A stretch of 63,707 nucleotides of DNA, the filler included, from Octopus bimaculoides (lineage: Eukaryota): assembly GCF_001194135.2 (NCBI RefSeq). It is 8 parts of 8 records of this genome, joined end to end, with 100 filler letters (N's around TTAATTAATTAA, not from the genome) between each part and the next. Parts side by side here need not be neighbours in the genome. Positions count along the whole stretch, not along the records: positions 25,749 to 28,429 come from NC_069005.1; positions 28,530 to 37,138 come from NC_068984.1; positions 37,239 to 53,338 come from NC_068987.1; 5 more parts are not named here. The stretch is one strand, 5' to 3'. The first letter of the stretch is position 1. Each line of letters starts with the position of its first letter. Below the pieces are notes generated by a model. That model was not told the origin of the DNA. It did no database searches and worked only from the letters and a program-made list of their open reading frames with translations. Shown here piece by piece: positions 25,965-38,280 of this stretch. The position numbers and the translations under genes are program-made.

Positions 25965-26389
25965 CACACACAGATACCTACAGATATATTTACTGTACAA
26001 CAAACTAAAATTATATGAAATATACATTGATAAAATAAAATAAATAAATAACTAATAAACGTTTGAAATAATTAGAGTTGCAGCCAGAAGCATTTTTCCC
26101 TGTGACACTTGCTCCCCCATGGTGAATATAGAAACACACTCCCCTTCACATATTTGATTATATAATAGCGTTCCCATTCTTGGATCAATCTATATGTTGT
26201 AGGGGTGACAACGAATAATCTGAAAAATGTTATACTAACATGAAGAATCTAGGTTTTCAAATTTCAGAATCTTATCAAATGGTGGTTCTCCGTCGGTGGA
26301 GACAATGACAATTTCGTCGTTCGATCAAGTGAATTGCCTGAATTACTAGCTCCTTAATTACCATGCAGACGGTTGAATATTCCACGACG

Positions 26390-26672
26390 AGACTTCCAGT
26401 TGCTCCAATCAACAGAACAGCTTGCTCGTGAAATTAACGTGCAAGTGGCTGAGTACTCCACAGACATGCGTACCCTTAACATAGTTCTCAGGGAGATTCA
26501 GCATGACACAGAGTGTGACAAGGTTGTCCCCTTTAAAATACAGGTACTATTCACGTTTGCCAGTTGAGTGCACTGGAGCAACGTGAAATAAAGTGTCTTG
26601 CTCAAGAATACAATGCGCCACCAGGATTCGATCTTACGACCTTGGGATCGTGAACCAAATACCCTAACCACT
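26390..26672 (-). mobile_element. SINE family C
   Basis: Reverse complement of the family C body and tRNA head. Confidence 0.8.
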
Positions 26673-27384
26673 AAGCTATGCTCCTTCACATACATACAAC
26701 CGCACACGCACGCAATATGCACACACAAACATACACAAGAAATATGTAAGGCAAAGTTGCAGAATTTGAACTCAGAATGCAAAACCGGAAGAGATGATAC
26801 ACAGCATTTTTTTTTCTCGGACGCTCTATCGATTCTACCAATAAAAACCACCCTTAAACTCGCCGAAAAATGATTTCAAATTTAGATATATGGCCAGTAA
26901 TTTTGATACCACCATCCCAAGTAATCGACTGGTACTTTACTTTATTGTTGCTCAAAAGACAAAGTCGACTACGGCGGGATTTGAACTCAGAAAATAGAGA
27001 ACCGGAACGTTTATGGCAAAGCCTCTTTTACCGACGCTCTAATGAAAGTAAAGCGTATGTAACGCTGAAACTGTTAATATCGTACTCTTTCACTTTCCCT
27101 ATGAGAAATTAATCCGATTAGGGAAATCCACTGGTCAAATATTCGATGTAGTTTGTGGTATCGGTACGGCACTTAACTTTTCTATAGAATAAATAATAAT
27201 CCGGTTAATGGAAATTTGGAATCTGCTGCTGACGAATATATACAAATATTCGAAAAGCCATTTCTTTGAATGTCTTTAGGGAAGACGGCACAGAAAAAGA
27301 AGAAGAAAAAACTAGTAATTTCTGGGATTAAATAACAGGTAAATGGGATTAAAAAATACATGTTAATGTTGTTTGCTAATCTTG

Positions 27385-27545
27385 GTTCAAGGCTAGCGAT
27401 TTCTGGTTCGGGTGTAAGGTGATTACATCGACCTCAGTATTCCGCTGGTACTTATTTTATTGACCCCACCGAATAGATGAAAAGCAAAGTCGACCTCGGC
27501 GGAATTTGAACTCAGAACGTAGCGATGGACGAAGGGAAAGACGTT
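27385..27545 (-). mobile_element. SINE family A fragment
   Basis: Reverse complement of GAGTTCAAATTCCGCCGAGGTCGACTTTG. Confidence 0.75.
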
Positions 27546-27549
27546 GTGA

Positions 27550-27891
27550 TTGTAGTGGTGTTGGGTGCGCATGTGAGGTGGTAGTTGTGCTGGCGGTTGT
27601 GGTAGTGGTGATAATGGTGGTGATGGTCATGGTGGTGATGGTCATGGTGGTGATGGTCATGGTGGTGATGGTGGTGGTGTTGCCGATTCGGAGTGGTAGC
27701 GATGGTGGTGGTGGCGGTGGTGGTGGTGGTGGTGTTATAACCACTGCTTTTATTGTTTACGCCATCATTCTTGATAATCCCGTCGCCATTATACAGTTGT
27801 TTTTGTTGCTGTTGTTCTCGTCTTGTTGCTGCTACACATTGTTGCTATGCATCTCCTGTTGTTGCTGCAGCTGTTGTTGTTGTTATCGTTC

Positions 27892-27929
<38 letters not shown>

Positions 27930-27932
27930 GCT
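27550..27932. repeat. (GTG/GAT)n and (GTT)n trinucleotide repeats
   Basis: Direct reading; includes a GGTGATGGTCATGGT unit repeated about three times. Confidence 0.85.
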
Positions 27933-28366
27933 GATGCTTTAAAAAGCCATTCGATTGAAACGTTCACAACATGAAACCAATGTAAATTCCAGTGAAATTA
28001 TTGCGTGACAGGAATTTCATGGATCGACCAACAGTGTGAATAATAAGAAACTTTCGTGCTTTTCTGGTGATCTTTCTCACCCCGCTCTCACTCTCTCTCT
28101 TTCTATACGAATGTGTGTGGGTGGGTGTGAGTGTGTATGTGTGTGTGTATGAGTGTGTGTGTGTGTGTGTGTGTGTGTGCATGGGTGCGCTTGCATATAT
28201 ACATACACATATGTATATGCATATATATACATATACATGTGTGTGTGCGGATCTAATAGACAGATATCCACGCCCATATAACACACACACAAGTATGTAT
28301 GTATGTATATATATATATGAGGTTCTTTCAGTTTCCAGATACCAAATCTACAATTAAACACTCACG

Positions 28367-28429
<63 letters not shown>

Positions 28430-28529
28430 NNNNNNNNNNNNNNNNNNNNNNNNNNNNNNNNNNNNNNNNNNNNTTAATTAATTAANNNNNNNNNNNNNNN
28501 NNNNNNNNNNNNNNNNNNNNNNNNNNNNN

Positions 28530-28588
<59 letters not shown>

Positions 28589-29169
28589 CATACATACATA
28601 CATATATACATACATAGACAGGTAGATAGAGGTAGAGAGATGGGGAAAGAGAGACAGACAGACAGACATACAGACAGACAGAGTATCAATGGATTAAGGA
28701 TAAAAAAGAATAAGAGTCAGAATGAAGCAGATAGTGAGAAGAATATACGTTTGAATGAATGAATGAATGGATGGATGGATGGATGGATGGATGGATGGAT
28801 GGATGGATGGATGTCAATTTATATCTGTGTGTATGTGTATTTCTAGATGTGTGTGTCGATGTGTGAAATGTCTTTGTATGTATGTAAGCGTATATGTATT
28901 ATGCATGCGTATAAGTATGCGTGTATGTATGTGTGTGTGTGTGTGTGTATGTATGTATGCGTGTATGTATGTGTGTGTGTATGGAAGAGAGGGATACAGA
29001 GCGAGGGGGAAAAGCGATAAGGAAGAGATGGATTAAAGATGAAGCGATAGTTATAGAAGCCATCATTTAAGAGAATAAATTCCTCGGTGAAGAAAGATAA
29101 GGAATCTGATTAATCCATTAGCTAAAAACTTAATTTAATTTGAGAAGCAAGGAGGTTTCGGTGTTTTTG

Positions 29170-29900
29170 TTTGGTTAGCAGCGGTGGTTGTGGTGTTGGT
29201 TGCGGTGCTGTTGGGGATGTAGTGGTTCTGTGGTGTTGTCCTCTGTTGGTGTTTGTGTCGTTGTGTCTTATAATGCTGGCGGTGTGGAGTTGGCAGTAAA
29301 TACCTTGCGTTGGTGTGGTGGTGGTGGTGGTGGTGTGGTCTTATGTTGTATGTTAGCTGTGTGGTGTTGTCATGTAACGGTTGTAGTGTGTCGTTGTTTT
29401 GGTCGTTGTGTGGTCGTGTGTTTGAGAGGTGGTGGTGGTGGTGGTGGTGTCGGTGGTGGTGTCGGTGGTGACGGTGGAGCTGATGGCGATAGTGGTGTTT
29501 TTGTTGTTGATGTTGTTGGTGGTGGTGGTTGCGTTGATGATGGTGGTTGTGATGGTGTTGGTGGTAACAGTGGTGTTGATAACGATAGTGGTGGTAATGG
29601 TGGTGGTGCTGCTGCTGATGGCGATAGTGGTGGCTGTGGTGGGTGTGGTGCTGCTGATGGCGATAGTGGTGGCTGTAGTGGTGGTGGTATTGGTAATGAT
29701 GTTGGTGGTGGTGTAGTCGTTGTGAGTGGGTGGTGACTGTGTGGTGTTGCCATGTATGGGCGGTAGTGTTGTGGTGCTTAGTAACGGTGCTAGTGTAGTA
29801 CTGTCGCATACAAATATGATGATGTAGTAATGCTTCCATGTGACGTAGTGGCGCTTAAGTATTGTTGTAGTATAGTGGTGATGGTGTGATTGTAGAGCAG
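29170..29900. repeat. Degenerate (GGT)n low-complexity tract
   Basis: Direct reading; sub-unit GCTGATGGCGATAGTGGT occurs three times. Confidence 0.85.
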
Positions 29901-30054
29901 TGTACAGGTGGTAGTATGCTGTGAACTGGCGGTGGCGAGGCGATGTACACGTGTGGTGGCGTGTACGACCAATGCTGTAAAGACATAATGATGTGCAATA
30001 TTATGGCGGATGTCAACGCTGAGAGTTTCAAGCTGTCGGTGCCGCCGCCGCCGC

Positions 30055-30089
<35 letters not shown>

Positions 30090-30363
30090 TTGTCGTTGTT
30101 GTTGTCGTCGTTTAGCTCTTGGTCAACTTTGGTTGAGCTGAAATATCATCAAGGCCATTCTATAACTGACCATACCATCGTTTATTGAGGACTACATTTT
30201 CAAATATGCCAGCAATCGTCTTAAGTTGCACTTTGAGGGATACTTGGCTGTTATTTCTAACAATTCCAGCGACAAAGCAGGTCGGACTTCATTAGCTCGT
30301 GTTTCTCACCGTTGATGGAAGCGCTTCAAGCGTGACCATCGACCACCAATATCTTAACGGGTA

Positions 30364-30568
30364 CAAGGCGGCGAGTTGGGAGAATCGTTAGCGAAATGCT
30401 TAGCGGTATTTCGTCTGTCTTCACGTTCTGAGTTCAAATTCCACCGAGGTCGACTTTGCCTTTCATCCTTTCGGGTCGATAGATTAAGAACCAGTTGCGT
30501 ACAGGAATCGATCTAATCGACTGGTCCCCTCCTCAAAAATTTCGGGCCTTGTGCCTAGAGTAGAAAAG
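30364..30568 (+). mobile_element. SINE family A, full length, with 16-bp target-site duplication
   Basis: AATATCTTAACGGGTA at both 30348-30363 and 30569-30584. Confidence 0.92.
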
Positions 30569-31190
30569 AATATCTTAACGGGTATGTGTGTATAGGGTTG
30601 CATTTTCCAGTGTATCCCTTGCTTGGTGGGTGACAAATGGTGGCGTTGTGGGCCAAATTTATCCACTTTTACCTGACCTTTATGATTCTTGGGTAGTAGG
30701 GTTGGTCGGTGGTTCATTGGTATCCAACAGTGACATTATGCACCAAGCTGGTCCTTTCTTCACTGCCACTCGCACCATGACCACCCCATCTGTGTTGTGT
30801 AACAATTAAACCAGCGGTGATTGTTATTGCTACACATGTTGTCATTCGCTGCTTCACAACAAAACGCTGTGACGATGTCCATAACGTTACGAGTCGATAT
30901 CGCTGCGTCACCGTTTTATGTCAATACCGTGTATCAGGAGCGGAGCTTAAATGATAGACGGGTGAATGGCTAGAGGGGTGGATGTGTTAACGGGTGGATA
31001 AACGGATAGATAGGTGGCTGTGAGTGTTGTTGGGGGGTAGGGAGGTGGGGAAATGAAGGGGCGGGTATCTACAAAACATTCATCCGCTTTGCTGTTTTTC
31101 TCTGTTATTCTTCCAACTTACCAATCTCTCACAATACACACATACACTACTTCACGCACACGCATACACGCACCGACACACACACACACA

Positions 31191-31237
<47 letters not shown>

Positions 31238-31701
31238 GCAACCATTCTTTCATTCCAAAGCTATGTACGAAGTCTTATAAATGAATAAAAAGCGTTCTGA
31301 AAGATATCCGATAAGGAATAGCTCTGTCCACCCTTTTATCAAACAATCCACTCATCCACCCTTCCATCTACCCTCTACACCTCACTCTCTTTCCTTCTAT
31401 CATTCCATGAAACCCCCAACCCCCACCTCACTCTTCATCCCCCTTTCGCATGTCTCTCTTTGCAATGCAAATATTTAGAATTCAACACAAAGTACGAGGA
31501 GGGGTGGGGTGGGGTGGTGGATGAAGTGTTTCAGTCCTTCACCCCTCCCCNNNNNNNNNNNNNNNNNNNNNNNNNNNNNNNNNNNNNNNNNNNNNNNNNN
31601 NNNNNNNNNNNNNNNNNNNNNNNNNNNNNNNNNNNNNNNNNNNNNNNNNNNNNNNNNNNNNNNNNNNNNNNNNNNNNNNNNNNNNNNNNNNNNNNNNNNN
31701 N

Positions 31702-31760
<59 letters not shown>

Positions 31761-31763
<3 letters not shown>

Positions 31764-32045
31764 TTCTAAAACCAGAAACAATTCCTATCATAGTAGGTGC
31801 CTTAGGTATAATAAAAAAATATTCAGACAAATACATAACAAAAACACCAGGACTTACAAATATATATAACATACAGAAAATTGCACTATTGGGCACTGCA
31901 CACATCCTACGCAAAACACTTTCAATACAGTAACCATAAGAGCATCACAGCAAACCACAGCACATACCCAAGGCGCACAGAGCTGCGCTCGGTAGTGAAG
32001 TGAAAGCACGTTATAAAAATAAAACTACTGAACAATAATAATAAT
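31761..32045 (+). mobile_element. Short 5'-truncated R4/Dong-like 3' end embedded in (TAA)n
   Basis: IPIIVGALGIIKK..IQKIALLGTAHILRKTLSIQ* plus about 110 nt of 3' UTR; (TAA)n before (31702-31760) and after (about 32032-32046). Confidence 0.85.
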
Positions 32046-32965
32046 AAAAAAAGCAGAAATGGTGGTTAAACAAAGACAATAACCAATAACAACAATAAAA
32101 ATAGTAGCGATATCCTGGGCAGCGTCCATTTTGCGAGAGTTGCACCTAATAGAGAACTATAAAATTTTTCGCTGGATCAGCGAAAAATTGAGGAGGAGAA
32201 ATTATCACTGCAAAGGCTCAAAGGGAAATAATTCATCTTTGTGTGACTAGAAAGGATGTTTTCAGAAAACGACCCTCGTGGACACTAGGGATAGAGCCTT
32301 CCGTGATGTACGGCCGGGTGTCCAGCATGTATCTAGGACCAAGCAGTTAGGTGTCCGTCATTGTAGAGAGCTTCAAATCTAGATGCCACGCATGTGGAAG
32401 CAACGGTCATCTGAGAATCTTCTGAAAAATTAAGCAAAAGGAGTAAGAAAAAGAAAAACACGGCAACAGCACCAACTCCACGTCAATACCAAACGCCGCA
32501 AAATCCAAAACAATAATAAATACATCTTCCATATCACCCCCACCACCACCACCACCACCACCAGCATCAAAACGAAAACAAAAACGCAACATCAATCAGG
32601 ACAACAACTACAGCTAAATAGACAAGGCTCCTGCAAGGACAACAGCAAAACTCATCTACAATCAAATTCAGGTTAATAAGAGAAGAAAGTAAAGATTCTT
32701 TTCCCTCCAAAAACGGTGGAAGCAAACACTTCTGGCTAGATTCTTTATTTAACAGACTTATTAAACCATTGAATGACTTCGACAAATACAGGAATACCAA
32801 ATACCATACAACATAGATTCTTGGTTCATTAAAATGATCTCCGCCTCTAAAGAATGGCCAAATGGCAATTAAGACCAGTTCCACTTGAGAAGGGGAGATA
32901 ATCTTAGAATTCAAGAATTCTCCAAAGCTGATAATCCACTAAGGCTGGAGATAAAGAGGACATTA

Positions 32966-33180
32966 TTTTCTACTCTAGGCGCTAGACCCGAAATTTGGGG
33001 GGAAGGGGGCCAGTCGATTATATCGACCCCAGTACGCAACTGGGACTTAATTTCTCGACCTAGAAAGGATGAAAGGCAAAAACGACCTCGGCGGAATTTG
33101 AACCCAGAACGTAAAGACAGACGAAATGCCACTAAGCATTTCGCCCGGCGTGCTAACGATTCTGCCAGCTCACCACTTTA
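32966..33180 (-). mobile_element. SINE family A, full length, with 15-bp target-site duplication
   Basis: ATAAAGAGGACATTA at both 32951-32965 and 33181-33195. Confidence 0.92.
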
Positions 33181-33294
33181 ATAAAGAGGACATTAGTGGA
33201 CACGTGTTTCTGGTTCAAAATCGCCATTAGTTGCCTTAGTGGCGAAAATAATTTTAATAAATCAAGTGATTATGTTGTATGGTATTTAATATAC

Positions 33295-33454
33295 CTGCAT
33301 TCGTCCCTGTTGGTCAAATACATTCCAACGGTCACTTCTGGCTCTTCCTTGTTGGCTCCTTTTTGCATACCCTGGTAGATAACCCATTATTGGTAATGCC
33401 GTGCTGGAGAAGCAGCCCCTGGAGGAAGTCGCAGAACTGCGGGAGTCATATAAG
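33295..33454. other. Candidate exon island (strand unresolved)
   Basis: GC-rich unique sequence. Plus strand: AG-free stretch of about 110 nt, then TAG|33379..33454|GTAAGT. Minus strand: CCCGCAG|33436..33295|GTATAT with one fully open frame of 47 codons. Confidence 0.35.
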
Positions 33455-33563
33455 GTAAGTTATGATTATTTTAAAACGTGCAGGAGTCCATCGCTCTGGC
33501 ATGAACATCACAACTTCTTTTCTCGTCAACAGATTGAGGCCTTTCTTGGAAAGTGTTCTCGTT

Positions 33564-33611
<48 letters not shown>

Positions 33612-34013
33612 GATAGTCTAATCGAATTCTTCAATATTAAATCCATAATCTTGTTTGAAACGTTACTGTTGTTGCTGNNNNNNNNNNNNNNNNNNNNNNN
33701 NNNNNNNNNNNNNNNNNNNNNNNNNNNNNNNNNNNNNNNNNNNNNNNNNNNNNNNNNNNNNNNNNNNNNNNNNNNNNNNNNNNNNNNNNNNNNNNNNNNN
33801 NNNNNNNNNNNNNNNNNNNNNNNNNNNNNNNNNNNNNNNNNNNNNNNNNNNNNNNNNNNNNNNNNNNNNNNNNNNNNNNNNNNNNNNNNNNNNNNNNNNN
33901 NNNNNNNNNNNNNNNNNNNNNNNNNNNNNNNNNNNNNNNNNNNNNNNNNNNNNNNNNNNNNNNNNNNNNNNNNNNNNNNNNNNNNNNNNNNNNNNNNNNN
34001 NNNNNNNNNNNNN

Positions 34014-34069
34014 GTGGTGGTGGTGGTGGTAATGATGTTGGCGGTGGTGGCGGTGGTGGTGGTGGTGGT

Positions 34070-34100
<31 letters not shown>

Positions 34101-34329
34101 ATGTGATGATGGTAATGATGATGATGGTGACGATGATGATGATGATGATGATGATGTCACTATTGATGATAATGTTATTGTTGTCCGTTTTGTTTTGTCT
34201 TTTTGTTATTGTTTATTTTTTTGTTATTCTTTTATCTATCCCATTCTATCTATTTATTTAGTCTCCTCGCTTCTCCAATATTAAACCATAATCTTGTTTG
34301 TAATATTACTTTTATTGTTGCTATTATTA

Positions 34330-34372
<43 letters not shown>

Positions 34373-34468
34373 CATTATTATTGTTGTTGCTGTTGTTGTT
34401 GTTGTTGTTGTTATTGTTGTTATAGTTGTTAGCAGCGATGGAGTTTTGCTTCTTGTTATTACTGTTCA

Positions 34469-34510
<42 letters not shown>

Positions 34511-34515
34511 CATCA

Positions 34516-34576
<61 letters not shown>

Positions 34577-34854
34577 CATTATTATTATTATTATCATTGT
34601 CGATGTCCTCCCTGCTTCAGCAACTATCTTGAGGGATTTCGATGTTATTATTGCCGTTCGTGTTGTTAATATTGTTCTTCATATTGTTACTGCTGTTATT
34701 CTTCTTCTTCTTCTTCTTAATATTGTTGTTGTCGTTTTTATTTTTCTCCTTATGGTTGTGATTATTAATTATTATTTTTGCTGTTATTTGTTTTTGTTTA
34801 TTTTTTTGAGGATTCTTTCTCTGCTTCAGTAAGTATCTGGAGGGATTTAAATAG

Positions 34855-34911
<57 letters not shown>

Positions 34912-35177
34912 CATCACCACCATCATCATCATCATCATAATCATCATCATAACCATCAATAACAACAACAACAATGACAACAAGACCAAGAACAAAATTG
35001 CAAACAACGTTATAGCTTCAGTGTTGCGGAAGACATTAACAGCATCATATGCAAAAGCAACATCATCATCATCGTCATCATCATCGTCGTCATCATCGTC
35101 GTCATCATCATCATCATCATCATCATCATTATCGTCATTTTCGTCATCATTACCATCATCATCATCATCATCATCAC

Positions 35178-35220
<43 letters not shown>

Positions 35221-35235
35221 ATCATTATTTTTATT
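34014..35235. repeat. Compound trinucleotide microsatellite cluster (GGT, GAT, ATT, GTT, CAT, AAC)
   Basis: Direct reading. Confidence 0.9.
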
Positions 35236-35238
35236 ATT

Positions 35239-35557
35239 GAGTGAGAGAGCAGTGCATGCCATCAAAGTGACACTGGGGTAAAATATACGAAGCCCAGTAT
35301 ACCCATCACGACTACCCGTCTGATAAGAGTACATCAGGGACATGCATCACAACCATATGTGCATGACATGGTGATCTCATATCAAGATAAACAGCGCATG
35401 ACCTTTCAGGTGGGGCCCAGTTAGAATTTCCTTCAGGTCGAGTAGCCCATCCCGCTCAAAAGGTCCCTGAATAAGGTTTCTTTAAGGATGTTGAACGAAA
35501 CTACCGTGTTTCCAGAGGTGAATTATTCAAACCCCAAAGAATTCCTCTCAACACATG
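35239..35557 (-). mobile_element. Family E copy 2, with fixed end in (TAA)n
   Basis: Left junction TTATT|GAGTGAGAGAGCAGTGCATGCC; right end runs into a gap. Confidence 0.75.
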
Positions 35558-36113
35558 NNNNNNNNNNNNNNNNNNNNNNNNNNNNNNNNNNNNNNNNNNN
35601 NNNNNNNNNNNNNNNNNNNNNNNNNNNNNNNNNNNNNNNNNNNNNNNNNNNNNNNNNNNNNNNNNNNNNNNNNNNNNNNNNNNNNNNNNNNNNNNNNNNN
35701 NNNNNNNNNNNNNNNNNNNNNNNNNNNNNNNNNNNNNNNNNNNNNNNNNNNNNNNNNNNNNNNNNNNNNNNNNNNNNNNNNNNNNNNNNNNNNNNNNNNN
35801 NNNNNNNNNNNNNNNNNNNNNNNNNNNNNNNNNNNNNNNNNNNNNNNNNNNNNNNNNNNNNNNNNNNNNNNNNNNNNNNNNNNNNNNNNNNNNNNNNNNN
35901 NNNNNNNNNNNNNNNNNNNNNNNNNNNNNNNNNNNNNNNNNNNNNNNNNNNNNNNNNNNNNNNNNNNNNNNNNNNNNNNNNNNNNNNNNNNNNNNNNNNN
36001 NNNNNNNNNNNNNNGTAACATCCACCCCTAGGGGTCAGCCACACTTAAGTGGCAATATACTACACTTTATCGTGCAGTTACTGTTAATACTTCATTTAGA
36101 GAATTAACATTGC

Positions 36114-36166
<53 letters not shown>

Positions 36167-36174
36167 ATTAATAT

Positions 36175-36397
36175 TGAGTCAGAGATCAATGCATGCCATC
36201 AAAGTGACACTGGGGTAAGATATACGAAGCCCAGTATACCCATCATGACTATCCGTCTAATAAGGGTACACCAGGCACATGCACCATAATCATATGTATG
36301 CGACATGGTGAACTCATACCAAGATAAACAGCGCATGACCTTTCAGGTGGGGCCCAGGTAGAATTTTCTTCAGGTCGTGTAGCCCATCCCGCTCAAA

Positions 36398-36398
<1 letters not shown>
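36175..36398 (-). mobile_element. Family E copy 3, truncated, with (TAA)n on both sides
   Basis: Same left junction as copy 2; stops at CCGCTCAAAA and continues into (TTA)n. Confidence 0.78.
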
Positions 36399-36468
<70 letters not shown>

Positions 36469-36814
36469 TGCTGTTATCACAGTTGTTACAGCTGTCGTTG
36501 TCTTCTGCTGCTGCTGCTGCTGCTGTTGTTGTTGTTGTTGTTGTTGATGTAGTTGCTCGTCCTATTGCTGTTCTCCCTTTTCTTGCTGTCTTTACTGTTG
36601 TTATTCCTCTTGTTATTACCATATATCCTTATTTTTATGATCCTTCCTGATGTTGTTATTATTCGTATTATCATTCCCTTTCTTACTATTGCTCTTCTCT
36701 CTATTATTGTCATTCTGCTTCCGGTTGTGGATTTTGTTATTGCTTCAGTTGTTGTCTTTTGTTGTTTAGGCCTTTGGCATTTCGTTGTTTTTTTTTCTTT
36801 TTATTATTCATAGT

Positions 36815-37000
36815 ATAGGCTGTGTGGTAAGAAGCCTGCTTCCCAACAACATGGCTCCGGGTTCAGTCCCACTGCGTGACATCTTCCGCAAGTGCCTTCT
36901 ACTATAGCCTCGGGCCGACTAAAGCCTTGAGAATGGATTTGGTGAGCGGTAACTGAAAGAAGCCTATCGTATGTGAATGAGTGAGTGTGTGAGCGTGCGT

Positions 37001-37038
<38 letters not shown>

Positions 37039-37137
37039 TTATGTGTCTTTGCTTGTCCGCTACCACCGCTTGAAAACCGTTGCTGATGTTTTCACGTCCA
37101 CGTCCCCGTAACATAGAGGTTCGGTAAAGGAGACCGA
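36815..37137 (+). mobile_element. Composite SINE B + (TG)n + module D
   Basis: Same architecture as 18556-18950. Confidence 0.8.
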
Positions 37138-38280
37138 TNNNNNNNNNNNNNNNNNNNNNNNNNNNNNNNNNNNNNNNNNNNNTTAATTAATTAANNNNNN
37201 NNNNNNNNNNNNNNNNNNNNNNNNNNNNNNNNNNNNNNATTTGATATACATGCATATTATATATGTCTATGTTTATGCGTGTGTATGTACGTGCGTGAGT
37301 GCATGATTGTGTGTGTGTGTTTGTATGTGTGTGTGTGAGTGCGTGCATGTGTGTGTCGTGTACGTGTCTGTGCGTGTGCGTATGTGTGTGTGTGTGTGTG
37401 CGCGCGTTATTCTTATAGAAAAATGTTGTTCAGAGTGACTTTGAAGTTTCGGTCAGCTAAGCCCATCAGATAAAAGTAAAGTTGTCTTTAGAATAACAAA
37501 AAAACAAACATTAATATACATTCATATATAAATGCAAACACCCACACGAACACACACGCACGCACACACATACAGACACACAAAAAGAGACACACGCATA
37601 CACACTCACACATGTACACATATTCACATATACACACACGCACATATGCACATATACAAACACATTCACGTGAACATATGGATAAGGAAATGTGTTTGCG
37701 CGTAGACATGTGTGTGCTGATACTTTTTTATTTGTTTGTATGAATTCATACATTTTCTCATCTTCTCTGTGAATCCATCTTAATATTTTACATAATGCAT
37801 AAAGATGTATGTAAGGATATTTATGATTACTCGAGCAACACAGTTACACTTGTGATCCTTTTTTCACATGAAACATCCTCCCTCGCGCACAAACCCATAT
37901 TTACATAAACGTCTGTAAGTATATATGTATATTTGCAAATGTATATATGTATATTTCCACACATATATATATATATATATATATANNNNNNNNNNNNNNN
38001 NNNNNNNNNNNNNNNNNNNNNNNNNNNNNNNNNNNNNNNNNNNNNNNNNNNNNNNNNNNNNNNNNNNNNNNNNNNNNNNNNNNNNNNNNNNNNNNNNNNN
38101 NNNNNNNNNNNNNNNNNNNNNNNNNNNNNNNNNNNNNNNNNNNNNNNNNNNNNNNNNNNNNNNNNNNNNNNNNNNNNNNNNNNNNNNNNNNNNNNNNNNN
38201 NNNNNNNNNNNNNNNNNNNNNNNNNNNNNNNNNNNNNNNNNNNNNNNNNNNNNNNNNNNNNNNNNNNNNNNNNNNNNNNN

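Noticed and set aside
29135-29839. 234-aa His/Gln-rich ORF and overlapping Gly-, Pro- and Val-rich ORFs
   Set aside because: All frames are open because of (GGT/CAC)n low complexity; no splice or domain evidence.
30660-30800. Minus-strand exon-like segment (ACACAG|ATGGGG...)
   Set aside because: All three frames stop before a donor and no motif is recognisable; support is insufficient.
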